Below the pieces are notes generated by a model. That model was not told the origin of the DNA, searched no databases, and saw only the letters and a program-made list of their open reading frames with translations. Source: a virus (taxonomy: Duplodnaviria; Heunggongvirae; Uroviricota; Caudoviricetes). From it: DNA of 12,985 nt. Both the position numbers and the translations under genes were made by a program. This document shows, piece after piece, positions 5,708 to 12,985 of the stretch (the stretch's first letter is position 1; every line of letters starts with the position of its first letter). Location: the IMG/VR virus record IMGVR_UViG_2537561857_000027. The stretch is one strand, 5' to 3'.

Positions 5708-7846
5708 TTAATCGCTTCCCTCCTCATCGTGATTAGCGAACAACATCCCGTAGGCCCATAATTGCGCTCCATTAAGGTTCTTAAGGCGTGGGGTCTTGAT
5801 TTTCCATCCTCTCCCGCTCTCTGGTCGTTTCAGCATTCCAGCTTCGTGGAGTATTTTTGCAACGGTATCCTTGTTGAAGCCTTCCGCTACTTTCGATTTA
5901 AACGGCTCCGATAATACGTAAAACAACAATGGTTCATCGTAACGGCTTCCCGAATCCCTGTAGCCGTACAGCTCAGAAATCGGCAGGCTGGCTGGGTCAT
6001 AATCAACGGGCGCAAAACGGCTCATGCCGTAGGCAGCAAGAAACGCCTCTGCCTGCTCAATGATCTGTTTGTGTTCCTTGTTGCCCGTGCCAAATTCTTT
6101 TACCCAGGCATTAAATACATACTGAATTGCATCGCGGCATTCCTGCACGGACCAGCCAGTTACATGACCGGAAAGCACAAGCGCGGCCTCCAGTATGGAG
6201 AAACGTTCACCCACGCGGTGGACCTGCTCACCGTAATTGTCTGGAATGATATTTCGCCAGCGTGCACGGCTCTCTCTAACCGCGTCCTTAGCTTCCTGCT
6301 GGTTCTCCGCAAGCCATTTAATCCACTCACGCCCCGCTGCGCCGTGGTTTTCTTGCCATGCCGCCTTCAATGCGTCAGCGTGATCCTTTCCGTTGCTGTA
6401 TTCGTGTAACTGCGTGGCTTTTTGAATCGGGATATTGAGCAGGCGCACAAGTTGCCCGACCTTAACTTTTATCCCCGACGTTTTGAGGTATGTTTCGATA
6501 TCCACCTCTCCGGTGCTGATAGCAACGGTCCGCCAGTTTTTCAGCTCTCTGTTGCCGCCGTCCTTTGCCCCCTGTAATTTTCCGAATCCATTGAACAAAG
6601 TGTATGAGGATACGTACACGTCACGGGGGCTTCCTGCCTGCCCTATCTCGTCCAGTGGAAGGAGTCCGTGATTGTGTGCTTCTGCTTCGTTAGCTATCCC
6701 CAGCGCCGTTCCGTACCAGGTTAATCGCAGCGCCTCAGGATCGCCCCACAAGCTCGACGCGATGCTCTGCGTTGTGGTCTTGCCTGCTGTGGATTGCTCG
6801 AAAAAATGCACGCCAAAACCATCAGCGCCTGTCAGCCCGACTAATGGCGCGGATAATGACGTCGCTATACCCAGCATCATGAACGGATTGCCACCAGCCA
6901 GCCGCGCCACGCTGTCGCGCCAGCTTTCCGCCGTTCCTGCCACGGAATAACCGTTAATCGCGGCACTTTTTCCGGTAAACAAAACGGGCTTGTCAGATTC
7001 GCCGATAACCGTACCGTCCGGCATGATGTACGCGCCAAAATGCCAGCCAGCCTTCGGGCTTAAGTGCCATTCCTCATGCTGTCCGCCTAACTGCATCCAG
7101 TCAGCCAGGGGGATCCTGTGTTTTCCGTTTGTCGTGACTTTAAGCCCGTTGGCTTTCAGTAATCGCCAGCCGTCAGTGTCGCCTATTCCGCAGCAAGGCA
7201 CAGCCATAGTGACAAGCCGATTTGTTGTCGAATCTGTCCAGCGCATCACGCGGTAATGCTCGTTACCAATGACACCTGAACCGAGTAATTCAACGGAAGA
7301 ACACAGCCATTCGAACGGACGGATAATTTCGCCAGATTGCTTATCAACCTTTGGCGTCACCCAGTAAACGCCATCAGGACGGCATTCAACGCGGGGTTTT
7401 AATTCGTCATCATAATTTCCGGTGAAATTTGTCTTTGCCGGAAGATTGATCACCAGGCAGTTGCCGCGTTCCGCATCATCCTTCAGTCCAGCCATGCGCG
7501 GTGTCCAGTCCTCCGGCTGCTGGTCAACAAAGCCGCTGTAGCAGCGTGCCTCCTTTACACCCGCCACCGCAAGCAGTGTTGCTATCTGTAAAAGTGCTGT
7601 CTCTGATATTTCACCAGCACGATAAACGCGCACGTAATTGCGCCCTTTATCGATGATTTTCGTGTCTTCCAGGCTCGCCAGTTGTTTCGGTCCAAGAATA
7701 ACGGGCGGTGTATCATCTGCTGCAATATGCTTTCCGGCCCATTCGCTCCACTCTTTCGCATGTGCCCAGGCATCACTACCCGCAAAGATAATGACTTCGG
7801 TCATTTTGTCTTTCGGCTGTTTTTTTAAATTCGGTGCGCTTTTCAT
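5708..7846 (-). CDS. Satellite replication initiator, primase/helicase-like (pri-rep), 712 aa
   Basis: Large ORF adjacent to the iteron array. N-terminal region (MTEVIIFAGSDAWAHAKEW...) resembles Toprim/primase-type domains; the central region has a P-loop-like GKT segment (EQSTAGKTTTQS). The domain call is from pattern memory only. Start ATG overlaps the stop of the upstream gene (ATGA). Confidence 0.75.
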   Translation of the reverse strand: MKSAPNLKKQPKDKMTEVIIFAGSDAWAHAKEWSEWAGKHIAADDTPPVILGPKQLASLEDTKIIDKGRNYVRVYRAGEISETALLQIATLLAVAGVKEARCYSGFVDQQPEDWTPRMAGLKDDAERGNCLVINLPAKTNFTGNYDDELKPRVECRPDGVYWVTPKVDKQSGEIIRPFEWLCSSVELLGSGVIGNEHYRVMRWTDSTTNRLVTMAVPCCGIGDTDGWRLLKANGLKVTTNGKHRIPLADWMQLGGQHEEWHLSPKAGWHFGAYIMPDGTVIGESDKPVLFTGKSAAINGYSVAGTAESWRDSVARLAGGNPFMMLGIATSLSAPLVGLTGADGFGVHFFEQSTAGKTTTQSIASSLWGDPEALRLTWYGTALGIANEAEAHNHGLLPLDEIGQAGSPRDVYVSSYTLFNGFGKLQGAKDGGNRELKNWRTVAISTGEVDIETYLKTSGIKVKVGQLVRLLNIPIQKATQLHEYSNGKDHADALKAAWQENHGAAGREWIKWLAENQQEAKDAVRESRARWRNIIPDNYGEQVHRVGERFSILEAALVLSGHVTGWSVQECRDAIQYVFNAWVKEFGTGNKEHKQIIEQAEAFLAAYGMSRFAPVDYDPASLPISELYGYRDSGSRYDEPLLFYVLSEPFKSKVAEGFNKDTVAKILHEAGMLKRPESGRGWKIKTPRLKNLNGAQLWAYGMLFANHDEEGSD

Positions 7847-8142
7847 TTCTTGCCCCTGAATGCGTTAATCATGTTTTTCATCTTTCGGATGTTCGCCTCT
7901 GCTTTTGCGTTGCTGGCTGGCTTACCGCGCGGCACGGACTGCACCAGAGAAAAATCACGCGCGAACTGATACAGTGGCATTACGCAGTCATAGTCATAGC
8001 CTTCACGGCGGTAGGCGATACGGCGTTCTCTCACGCTGATAATTGTCACGATGCCGCCGTACTTATCGCGGTAAATATCCCCGCGCATAAATTCAGGTTG
8101 AGCTTTGCCACTGGCAGTTAAGCCAGAATTTTTTGATGTCAT
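7843..8142 (-). CDS. Hypothetical protein, 99 aa, translationally coupled to pri-rep
   Basis: ATG at 8142 with GGAGA 8 nt upstream; stop overlaps the pri-rep start. Confidence 0.6.
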   Translation of the reverse strand: MTSKNSGLTASGKAQPEFMRGDIYRDKYGGIVTIISVRERRIAYRREGYDYDCVMPLYQFARDFSLVQSVPRGKPASNAKAEANIRKMKNMINAFRGKK

Positions 8143-8198
8143 TGAGTTAATCTCCTGAAGGAGTTGTCTTAATCTTTATTTCCCGTTTATTTTTGCCG

Positions 8199-8390
8199 TT
8201 ATTGTTCGCCGCGTTTTTCTTCCTCCGTCATTAACCACACCGCCACATTGCTGGAAAGCTGTTTGATAAGTCCCGCAATAACAGAAAGGTCATGGTCGTC
8301 TATTTCTTCGTGGTTGCGTTCAATCATGCGGCTGATTACTTCGACCTGTTGCGCTTTCAGTGAGGCTTCTGCCAGTGTCATTTCCTGCAT
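8199..8390 (-). CDS. Hypothetical protein, 63 aa
   Basis: ATG overlaps the stop of the upstream 61-aa ORF (TAATG); G-rich SD-like stretch upstream. Confidence 0.5.
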   Translation of the reverse strand: MQEMTLAEASLKAQQVEVISRMIERNHEEIDDHDLSVIAGLIKQLSSNVAVWLMTEEEKRGEQ

Positions 8391-8575
8391 TACTGCACCC
8401 CCTTAATTTCATGAACGGCGTGGATAATTACGCCGGATAAACCGGCTTTAGCTGATTTGTTAATTACTGTGCTGATTGCAGCCTGGACGTTTTCGGCCTT
8501 CACGTTCTGCGTGATGCCAACGGTATAGCCGCGTGCATTAACGGCACGGGAAAAAACACGGAAGGTTTTAAGCAT
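8390..8575 (-). CDS. Hypothetical protein, 61 aa
   Basis: Strong SD: GGAGG with 6-nt spacer before the ATG at 8575. Confidence 0.55.
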   Translation of the reverse strand: MLKTFRVFSRAVNARGYTVGITQNVKAENVQAAISTVINKSAKAGLSGVIIHAVHEIKGVQ

Positions 8576-8738
8576 GAGTCACCTCCTGACGGATACGGGC
8601 GACAAAAATCAGATGTGCGTGCGGCAGCTGCGCGCGTGCTTCGCGCTCAGTGGCAGCGGTAACGGTGAATATTGCAATGCTACCTGTCAGGCACTGCATA
8701 AAGCGCCAGACAAAGTAAGGGCGTGCGGATACAGCCAT
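8568..8738 (-). CDS. Hypothetical small protein, 56 aa, with a hydrophobic core (LTGSIAIFTVTAAT); proposed real 3' part of the 504-aa track ORF
   Basis: Internal ATG at 8738 is preceded by GAGGAG with an 8-nt spacer, and codon usage improves from here to the stop. Its end overlaps the start of the next gene by 8 nt. Start assignment is by inference. Confidence 0.35.
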   Translation of the reverse strand: MAVSARPYFVWRFMQCLTGSIAIFTVTAATEREARAQLPHAHLIFVARIRQEVTHA

Positions 8739-8903
8739 GTGAAAGGCTCCTCTGACTTTGGGATTATACCCACCGCCGGAGGTGGTAAGCTCGCTGGCGG
8801 TGGACTGTACAGGGTTACCACAACTGGCGTTAGAGGAAACCAGCCCGACCGAAGTCGGCCCCATACAGCCCACCATTGTTGAGGTGTGCGTGTGCGCCGA
8901 TAC

Positions 8904-8924
8904 AAAAAAAGACGCTGGCGCGTC
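8904..8924 (-). terminator. Minus-strand intrinsic terminator (GACGC-tggc-GCGTC followed by T7 on the minus transcript)
   Basis: Plus-strand A7 at 8904-8910 precedes the hairpin at 8911-8924; an outer CGATACA/TGTATCG stem (8897-8903 with 8926-8932) encloses it. Confidence 0.5.
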
Positions 8925-9207
8925 GTGTATCGCCTCTAACTCCAGCGGGGTGGTAATCCCGATCCCCGTTTTATAAGGGATAGCCTCAGTATATGCCGCT
9001 TTTTTGCTTAAGTGGTCGGATGTGTTGCGAGAGAAGTTTGTGCGAAAAATACCTGCGTTTTCTTTGAAAGCACATAATAACATCACGTTATTTATGTTTA
9101 TGCAGTGTGTCGCAAAGCGACCTGAATCATCACGCAAATTACAACCATAAAAAATACCTGCGCTGTGATATGAGGTACTACAGCGCACCGCTTTACGGGT
9201 ACAGACA

Positions 9208-9387
9208 ATGACAAATGAAGAACTACAGGAAATCGCATTATCCATACTTGAGCGACAGCGCGAAAAAGTACGCCTGGAACGCGAGTCTTTGCTTAATCCC
9301 TCTCCTCTCACCAGACCAAAACGATTTGCGCTTGAGGCATTTCTGGACAAATACCCACGGCGATTAATCTCGCCTAAAAACCGATAG
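9208..9387 (+). CDS. Small basic/helical protein A, 59 aa (MTNEELQEIALSILERQREKVRLERESLLNPSPLTRPKRFALEAFLDKYPRRLISPKNR)
   Basis: Hand translation; below the track cut-off. Shares a C-terminal motif K(R/K)FALE(A/E)FL(D/R)KYPRRL...KNR with ORF B, and a similar 45-nt upstream region. Composition is protein-like. The coding strand is not proven (see findings). Confidence 0.4.
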   Translation: MTNEELQEIALSILERQREKVRLERESLLNPSPLTRPKRFALEAFLDKYPRRLISPKNR

Positions 9388-9483
9388 CGATCCGCTTTTG
9401 CTTCTCTGACTCCATAAAACGAATAACAACCATCAGCGCCGTGGTGTGAGGTGCTGCGTCGCTCCGCTGTACAGGAAATAAGT

Positions 9484-9762
9484 ATGGATTTACCACCAGA
9501 AGATGAGAAATTTTTACGACAACTACAACACCAACTACTCATGGATGCCATTGTCGAGCAGCAAACAGGGAGCAGCCCCATTGATTCATCGCTGAATAAA
9601 AAGGCCGCTTCCCGTTTTATTGAAAACAGGATAAGACGAGGAAAAACATGTGACGACGAGTCAAAGGCATCGCATACAAGAGATAAAAAATTTGCACTTG
9701 AAGAGTTTCTCAGGAAATACCCACGGCGGCTAAAAGCAACCAAAAATCGCCCGCCAGGCTGA
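9484..9762 (+). CDS. Small protein B, 92 aa, paralogue of protein A
   Basis: The track ORF 9451..9762 begins at GTG; the ATG at 9484 has AGGAA 6 nt upstream. C-terminal motif shared with protein A. Confidence 0.45.
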   Translation: MDLPPEDEKFLRQLQHQLLMDAIVEQQTGSSPIDSSLNKKAASRFIENRIRRGKTCDDESKASHTRDKKFALEEFLRKYPRRLKATKNRPPG

Positions 9763-9765
9763 TAG

Positions 9766-10076
9766 CATTGTCCACCAGCCTCAGATATGGCATTGTGGAT
9801 AATGCGCTTGATTTCCTTTATCTCCACTGGCGACCCTTTCGTGGTCGCCTTTGTTTTGCCTGCCATTCCTGCATCATGCGGATATTCGCGCCGTACAGGG
9901 CCACCAGCGCGATAATTTGATAAAGCCTCCTTCTGATAATGCTTAACGTGTTTCATGCGCTCAGCGGCGAAATGGCTCACGATATGGCGCATGTAATCAG
10001 CATGGTTGATGCTCACCTGTGCGAACTTATCCGCAGTATCGATGTACAGGGCGGCAGCGTTGCGGATGTCAGGCAT
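9766..10076 (-). CDS. Hypothetical protein (MPDIRNAAALYIDTADKFAQVSINHADYMRHIVSHFAAERMKHVKHYQKEAL...); start well supported, 3' end unresolved
   Basis: ATG at 10076 with GGAG about 9 nt upstream; it overlaps the stop of the upstream 51-aa gene by 8 nt (ATGCCTGA). The first 50 or so codons use E. coli-preferred codons (ATC, CTG, CGC, AAC, TTC). The frame has no stop until 8568. The lower coordinate given here is arbitrary. Confidence 0.3.
9829..9858 (+). terminator. Plus-strand intrinsic terminator (GGCGACC-ctttcgt-GGTCGCC followed by TTTGTTTTG)
   Basis: Perfect 7-bp GC-rich stem followed by a T-rich tract, about 70 bp downstream of ORF B. Confidence 0.6.
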
Positions 10077-10224
10077 GTTCACGTTCTCCCAGGCGACGGA
10101 CCAGCCAGCGTTGGGCTAATTCGGTGAGACGTTCTTTACGTTCTGGCGTTGGCATATCCATATCCAGTAGCGCACAGTTACGGCTTTCCAGATACGCGAG
10201 CAACGCCAGTTGATCAGCGGTCAT
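10069..10224 (-). CDS. Hypothetical small protein, 51 aa (MTADQLALLAYLESRNCALLDMDMPTPERKERLTELAQRWLVRRLGEREHA)
   Basis: Internal ATG at 10224 overlaps the stop of the Rha-family gene (ATGA); the track's longer 81-aa version would overlap that gene. Confidence 0.45.
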   Translation of the reverse strand: MTADQLALLAYLESRNCALLDMDMPTPERKERLTELAQRWLVRRLGEREHA

Positions 10225-10859
10225 ATGGTCACGAACTTTTTTTGATGGGATGCCGTTTTTTTGGCCCATACAGGCGGGTGCATCCCTAATACAAGGCGCG
10301 CAATGAAAGTACATTCGTTGTTATAAGCATGACCGTGTTGAGTATCTCCAGTGCGCTCAATGTATCCCTTCATGGCATCCCCCATAGAGCGCATCTCAGC
10401 TTTGGCCTCACATCTCTCTGCTATCCAGTTAGCCATGCGGTTAAACTGCGCAATGTATGCCTCTTTGAATGCAGCCGCTTTTTTTCCGGTAAATCCCATT
10501 GTTAAAAACACGAAGCCGTCTTTGGTGACTTCGTAGGCTTTCAATACGCGCCCCTTATGCTCAAATTTTACCCGCCGAAAATTGCGGGTTAAAAATTCAG
10601 CAGAACAACACAGGTTTTCAATCCGGTTAACAACCTTATCGTGATCCTTTCTGAAAAATCGGGCGATAGCCTGTGAAGTGGTTACAGGCTCACCGCCAGA
10701 AGGAAACACTTCCGGCGCGGTGAGTGCATTTTTATTTATTCCGTCAGCAATAATCTCATTGCCGGAAATTACCGGAATAATTGCGGCGAAATACTGTTGG
10801 CTCAGTTCTTCGGGCTGAACGAAGCCCTGCCCCTGTACGAGCATATTCGGACGTTTCAT
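10221..10859 (-). CDS. Phage regulatory protein, Rha family (212 aa)
   Basis: Residues about 57-140 (TTSQAIARFFRKDHDKVVNRIENL...RVLKAYEVTKDGFVFLTMGFTGKKAAAFKEAYIAQFNRM) match the Rha-domain signature as I remember it. AGGAG lies 7 nt upstream of the ATG at 10859. Confidence 0.75.
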   Translation of the reverse strand: MKRPNMLVQGQGFVQPEELSQQYFAAIIPVISGNEIIADGINKNALTAPEVFPSGGEPVTTSQAIARFFRKDHDKVVNRIENLCCSAEFLTRNFRRVKFEHKGRVLKAYEVTKDGFVFLTMGFTGKKAAAFKEAYIAQFNRMANWIAERCEAKAEMRSMGDAMKGYIERTGDTQHGHAYNNECTFIARLVLGMHPPVWAKKTASHQKKFVTI

Positions 10860-10924
10860 TGAAAAACTCCTGCTATCGGATCAGGTTTAGTGCTGGGGGA
10901 GAATACCCCCCACCCAAAAGATTA

Positions 10925-11128
10925 TTACGCGGCGTTGTTGCGAGAAGCATCAATACGCTGGTTAATCCATTCGTCGACTTCACTTTCAATAAAAGCCACG
11001 GAGCGGGGACCAATTTTTACCGGTTTAGGGAAACGCCCCAGGCTGATCAGGCGATAAATCCATGCGCGACCATAACCAGTACGGCGCATAACTTCAGAAA
11101 GACGGATGAATGAATTGTTATTAGCCAT
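10925..11128 (-). CDS. alpA: AlpA-family transcriptional regulator / excisionase-like protein (67 aa)
   Basis: MANNNSFIRLSEVMRRTGYGRAWIYRLISLGRFPKPVKIGPRSVAFIESEVDEWI matches the AlpA/Vis-type helix-turn-helix signature. AAGGAG upstream. Position just downstream of the integrase is typical for P4/PICI satellites. Confidence 0.85.
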   Translation of the reverse strand: MANNNSFIRLSEVMRRTGYGRAWIYRLISLGRFPKPVKIGPRSVAFIESEVDEWINQRIDASRNNAA

Positions 11129-11206
11129 TTATCAATCTCCTTAATGTTGACGCGGAAATCCCCTCCTGTGGCTTAGTAAGAGTTTTATTTGCGTCAAATT
11201 ACGAAC

Positions 11207-11239
11207 ACGACAAAAACCACAACATGAAAACATGTTGTG
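11207..11239 (-). terminator. Minus-strand intrinsic terminator (CCACAACATG-aaaa-CATGTTGTGG, then TTTTTGTCG on the minus transcript)
   Basis: Perfect 10-bp inverted repeat at 11216-11239 with the A-run on its plus-strand 5' side; about 530 nt downstream of the int stop and about 90 bp upstream of the alpA start. Confidence 0.6.
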
Positions 11240-11770
11240 GTATTGCATAAGATAAATTCAGATTGTTTGGTTGGTATGCTCCAGCAAGGTAGAGCTATTC
11301 CCGCTTTCGGCGGGGTCACACGATTAGGCGTGACGTCCAGTAGTTTTAAAGAGCGTTTTTTCAGTACATGGTGGGCGGACAAGAAAGCAATTGCGCTTTG
11401 TCAGCGCCGTAGATTCATATTTGAATCGTTGTATGTTTCCCGATAGCAAATCTATCGGTCACTGCGGGACGAACCATCCCGCCGCATCAATGTTAAAGAT
11501 CAACAGCACTTTGCCAGCGCTCCACCGCCTCATGGATGAATCATTACATGCTTTGTAATAGTGCATATATCACCATTCTTTCCTGCATCAGGAAAGCACT
11601 AAAGGCTGTTAAAGAGCATCCAGCTTTTCAGCTGCGTAGAAGACTCAATCTTCGTTGTTACAAAGAGCGCCCATACATGACGGATAACTGCGTGAAAAAC
11701 CCTCTGTAAGGATGTTAGCTGTAGCTTTCCGTGTACGTTAGTATACATCTGTATACTTGTCCAGTCGTTT

Positions 11771-12985
11771 TTATGCACATACACCAAACTTGCCGTGCAC
11801 CACGTTACCGCCCTGTTCCAGTGAGTCCATATAGTCGGCGTACCACTGGAGCATCTCCCGCCGTCCGTCCAGATATTGCGCGTGATTGTATGTGCCACGG
11901 ATCGAGTTTTTATCGACGTGCGCCAGCTGCGTTTCTATCCATGCGGAGTTATACCCCTGCTCGTGCAAAATCGTACTCATGGTGTGCCGGAACCCATGAC
12001 CAGTAACACGCCCTGCATAACCAATACGACGAATAAGCACGTTCATCGCCATTTCACTCATCGGTTTACTGTGCTGTATTCGACCAGGGAAAATAAACGG
12101 ATACTGCCCCGTCATGTGTTTCAGTTGTTCCAGAATAGCAATCGCCTGTTCTGAAAGCGGCACGCAATGAGGACGGCGCATTTTCATTCGTTCTTTCGGC
12201 ACTTCCCACAGACGATTATCAAAATCAATCTCCTGCCACTCTGCCTGCCGTAATTCACCAGGGCGGAGTCCTGTAAGAATCAACAATCGCATACCCAGCT
12301 TGACGATCTGGCTTCCGGTGTACGTATTAAAAACGCGGAAAAACTCCGGTAGCTCATCAACTTTCAGATACGCGTAATGCTCTTTCTTGTGTGGTGCAAA
12401 TGCGCTTGCCAGATCAGGAGCGGGGTTATATTCAGCGCGTCCGGTAATTATTGCGTACCGGAACACTTCGCCACATCGCTGGCGAACCTTACGCAATTTT
12501 TCAGTTGCGCCACGGTCATTAAGACGGGATAGAACCGCGAGCAATTCCATCGGCTTAATCTCTGCGATGGGCCTACCTCCAATGTACGGAAAAACGTCTT
12601 TTTCAAACGTCTCTATCATTTCCTCTGCATATGAGGGAGACCATCGGTCCAGGCGTTTTTCATACCACTCACGGGCGATCGCCTCAAAGGTGTTACCGCA
12701 TTTGTTCGCCTGTTCTCGCTTTTGGGCCTTTCTGACCTCACTCGGATTAACTCCACCAGCGATAAGCCTTTTGGCCTCATCCCTTGCCGTCCTGGCATCA
12801 GAAAGGGACACCTCAGGATAAACACCCAGCGACAACATTTTGGGCTTGCCTGCAAACCTGTATCGCAATCGCCAGCCCTTCGAACCGTTCGGCTCAATGA
12901 GTAACGAAAGCCCGTTGCCGTCATTGAGTGTATAGGCTTTCTCTTTTGGCTTCGCGCGGCGGATAGCAAGGTCTGAAAGCAACAT
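11771..12985 (-). CDS. int: P4-type tyrosine integrase (404 aa), complete
   Basis: N-terminus MLLSDLAIRRAKPKEKAYTLNDGNGLSLLIEPNGSKGWRLRYRFAGKPKMLSLGVYPEVSLSDAR is the conserved P4-integrase N-terminal domain; C-terminus has the catalytic region (HGFRHT ... RGTYNHAQY). ATG is at 12985-12983, the window edge, so the attachment site lies beyond the window. Confidence 0.95.
   Translation of the reverse strand: MLLSDLAIRRAKPKEKAYTLNDGNGLSLLIEPNGSKGWRLRYRFAGKPKMLSLGVYPEVSLSDARTARDEAKRLIAGGVNPSEVRKAQKREQANKCGNTFEAIAREWYEKRLDRWSPSYAEEMIETFEKDVFPYIGGRPIAEIKPMELLAVLSRLNDRGATEKLRKVRQRCGEVFRYAIITGRAEYNPAPDLASAFAPHKKEHYAYLKVDELPEFFRVFNTYTGSQIVKLGMRLLILTGLRPGELRQAEWQEIDFDNRLWEVPKERMKMRRPHCVPLSEQAIAILEQLKHMTGQYPFIFPGRIQHSKPMSEMAMNVLIRRIGYAGRVTGHGFRHTMSTILHEQGYNSAWIETQLAHVDKNSIRGTYNHAQYLDGRREMLQWYADYMDSLEQGGNVVHGKFGVCA

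Noticed and set aside
2184-7859. Plus-strand ORFs inside the restriction, methyltransferase, ssb and pri-rep genes (for example 6071..6409, 6672..6950, 6990..7256)
   Set aside because: Antisense shadow frames of well-supported minus-strand genes.
8574-8976. Plus-strand ORFs 8574..8882 and 8758..8976, and minus-strand ORF 8687..8905
   Set aside because: GC-rich region where all frames stay open; Gly/Pro-rich low-complexity translations with no start signals. The minus-strand 56-aa and 61-aa genes, which have SD sequences, explain the region better.
8568-10082. 504-aa minus-strand ORF as a single protein
   Set aside because: The middle 300 or so codons are Ser/Cys/Arg-rich with many rare codons (TTA, TCA, AGT, TGT, AGA, ATA) and run antisense to protein-like plus-strand ORFs and across a plus-strand terminator. 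Only the N-terminal start and the last 56 codons look coding. I treat it as an open antisense frame joining two real pieces, though I cannot fully exclude a real or frameshifted gene.
9939-10127. Plus-strand 62-aa ORF
   Set aside because: Antisense to the better-supported minus-strand gene start at 10076 (SD plus overlap coupling); no SD of its own.
11194-11898. ORFs 11194..11382 (-), 11237..11446 (+), 11599..11898 (-) and 11731..12154 (+)
   Set aside because: They span a terminator hairpin or lie antisense to or overlapping the integrase, and have no translation signals.
1619-12760. Chi-site enrichment (GCTGGTGG at 1619 and 4484 on plus; complements at 9772, 9891 and 12753)
   Set aside because: Five sites in 13 kb is at most about twice the E. 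coli genome average as I recall it, with no orientation bias; not distinguishable from chance without statistics.

Overview
The window looks like most of a P4/PICI-type phage satellite (integrative island) from an enterobacterium, carrying a Type II restriction-modification cassette as cargo. Nearly all genes are on the minus strand. From right to left: a complete P4-type tyrosine integrase (11771-12985, start codon at the window edge), an AlpA-family regulator, a Rha-family regulator, several translationally coupled small ORFs, a 712-aa primase/helicase-like replication protein, an iteron-type origin (at least 13 copies of GTTGCCTCA/TGAGGCAAC, four at exact 21-bp spacing), a small protein coupled to an SSB, then the cargo segment. 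The cargo is a C5-cytosine DNA methyltransferase with all canonical motifs plus a 358-aa partner I cannot assign to any nuclease family; it has its own promoter, is insulated by a terminator, and is bracketed by 30-bp perfect direct repeats, one of which sits in a truncated duplicate of the 5' end of a downstream 57-aa gene. The left 1.2 kb is ORF-poor and hairpin-rich, ending in a lambdoid Q-like antiterminator gene (1-393). Two points remain unresolved: the 8.57-10.08 kb block, where plus-strand paralogous small ORFs lie inside a 1.5-kb open minus-strand frame, and the function of the non-coding blocks at 400-1240 and 1414-2040. All functional calls rest on motif reading and recall; no database search was possible.
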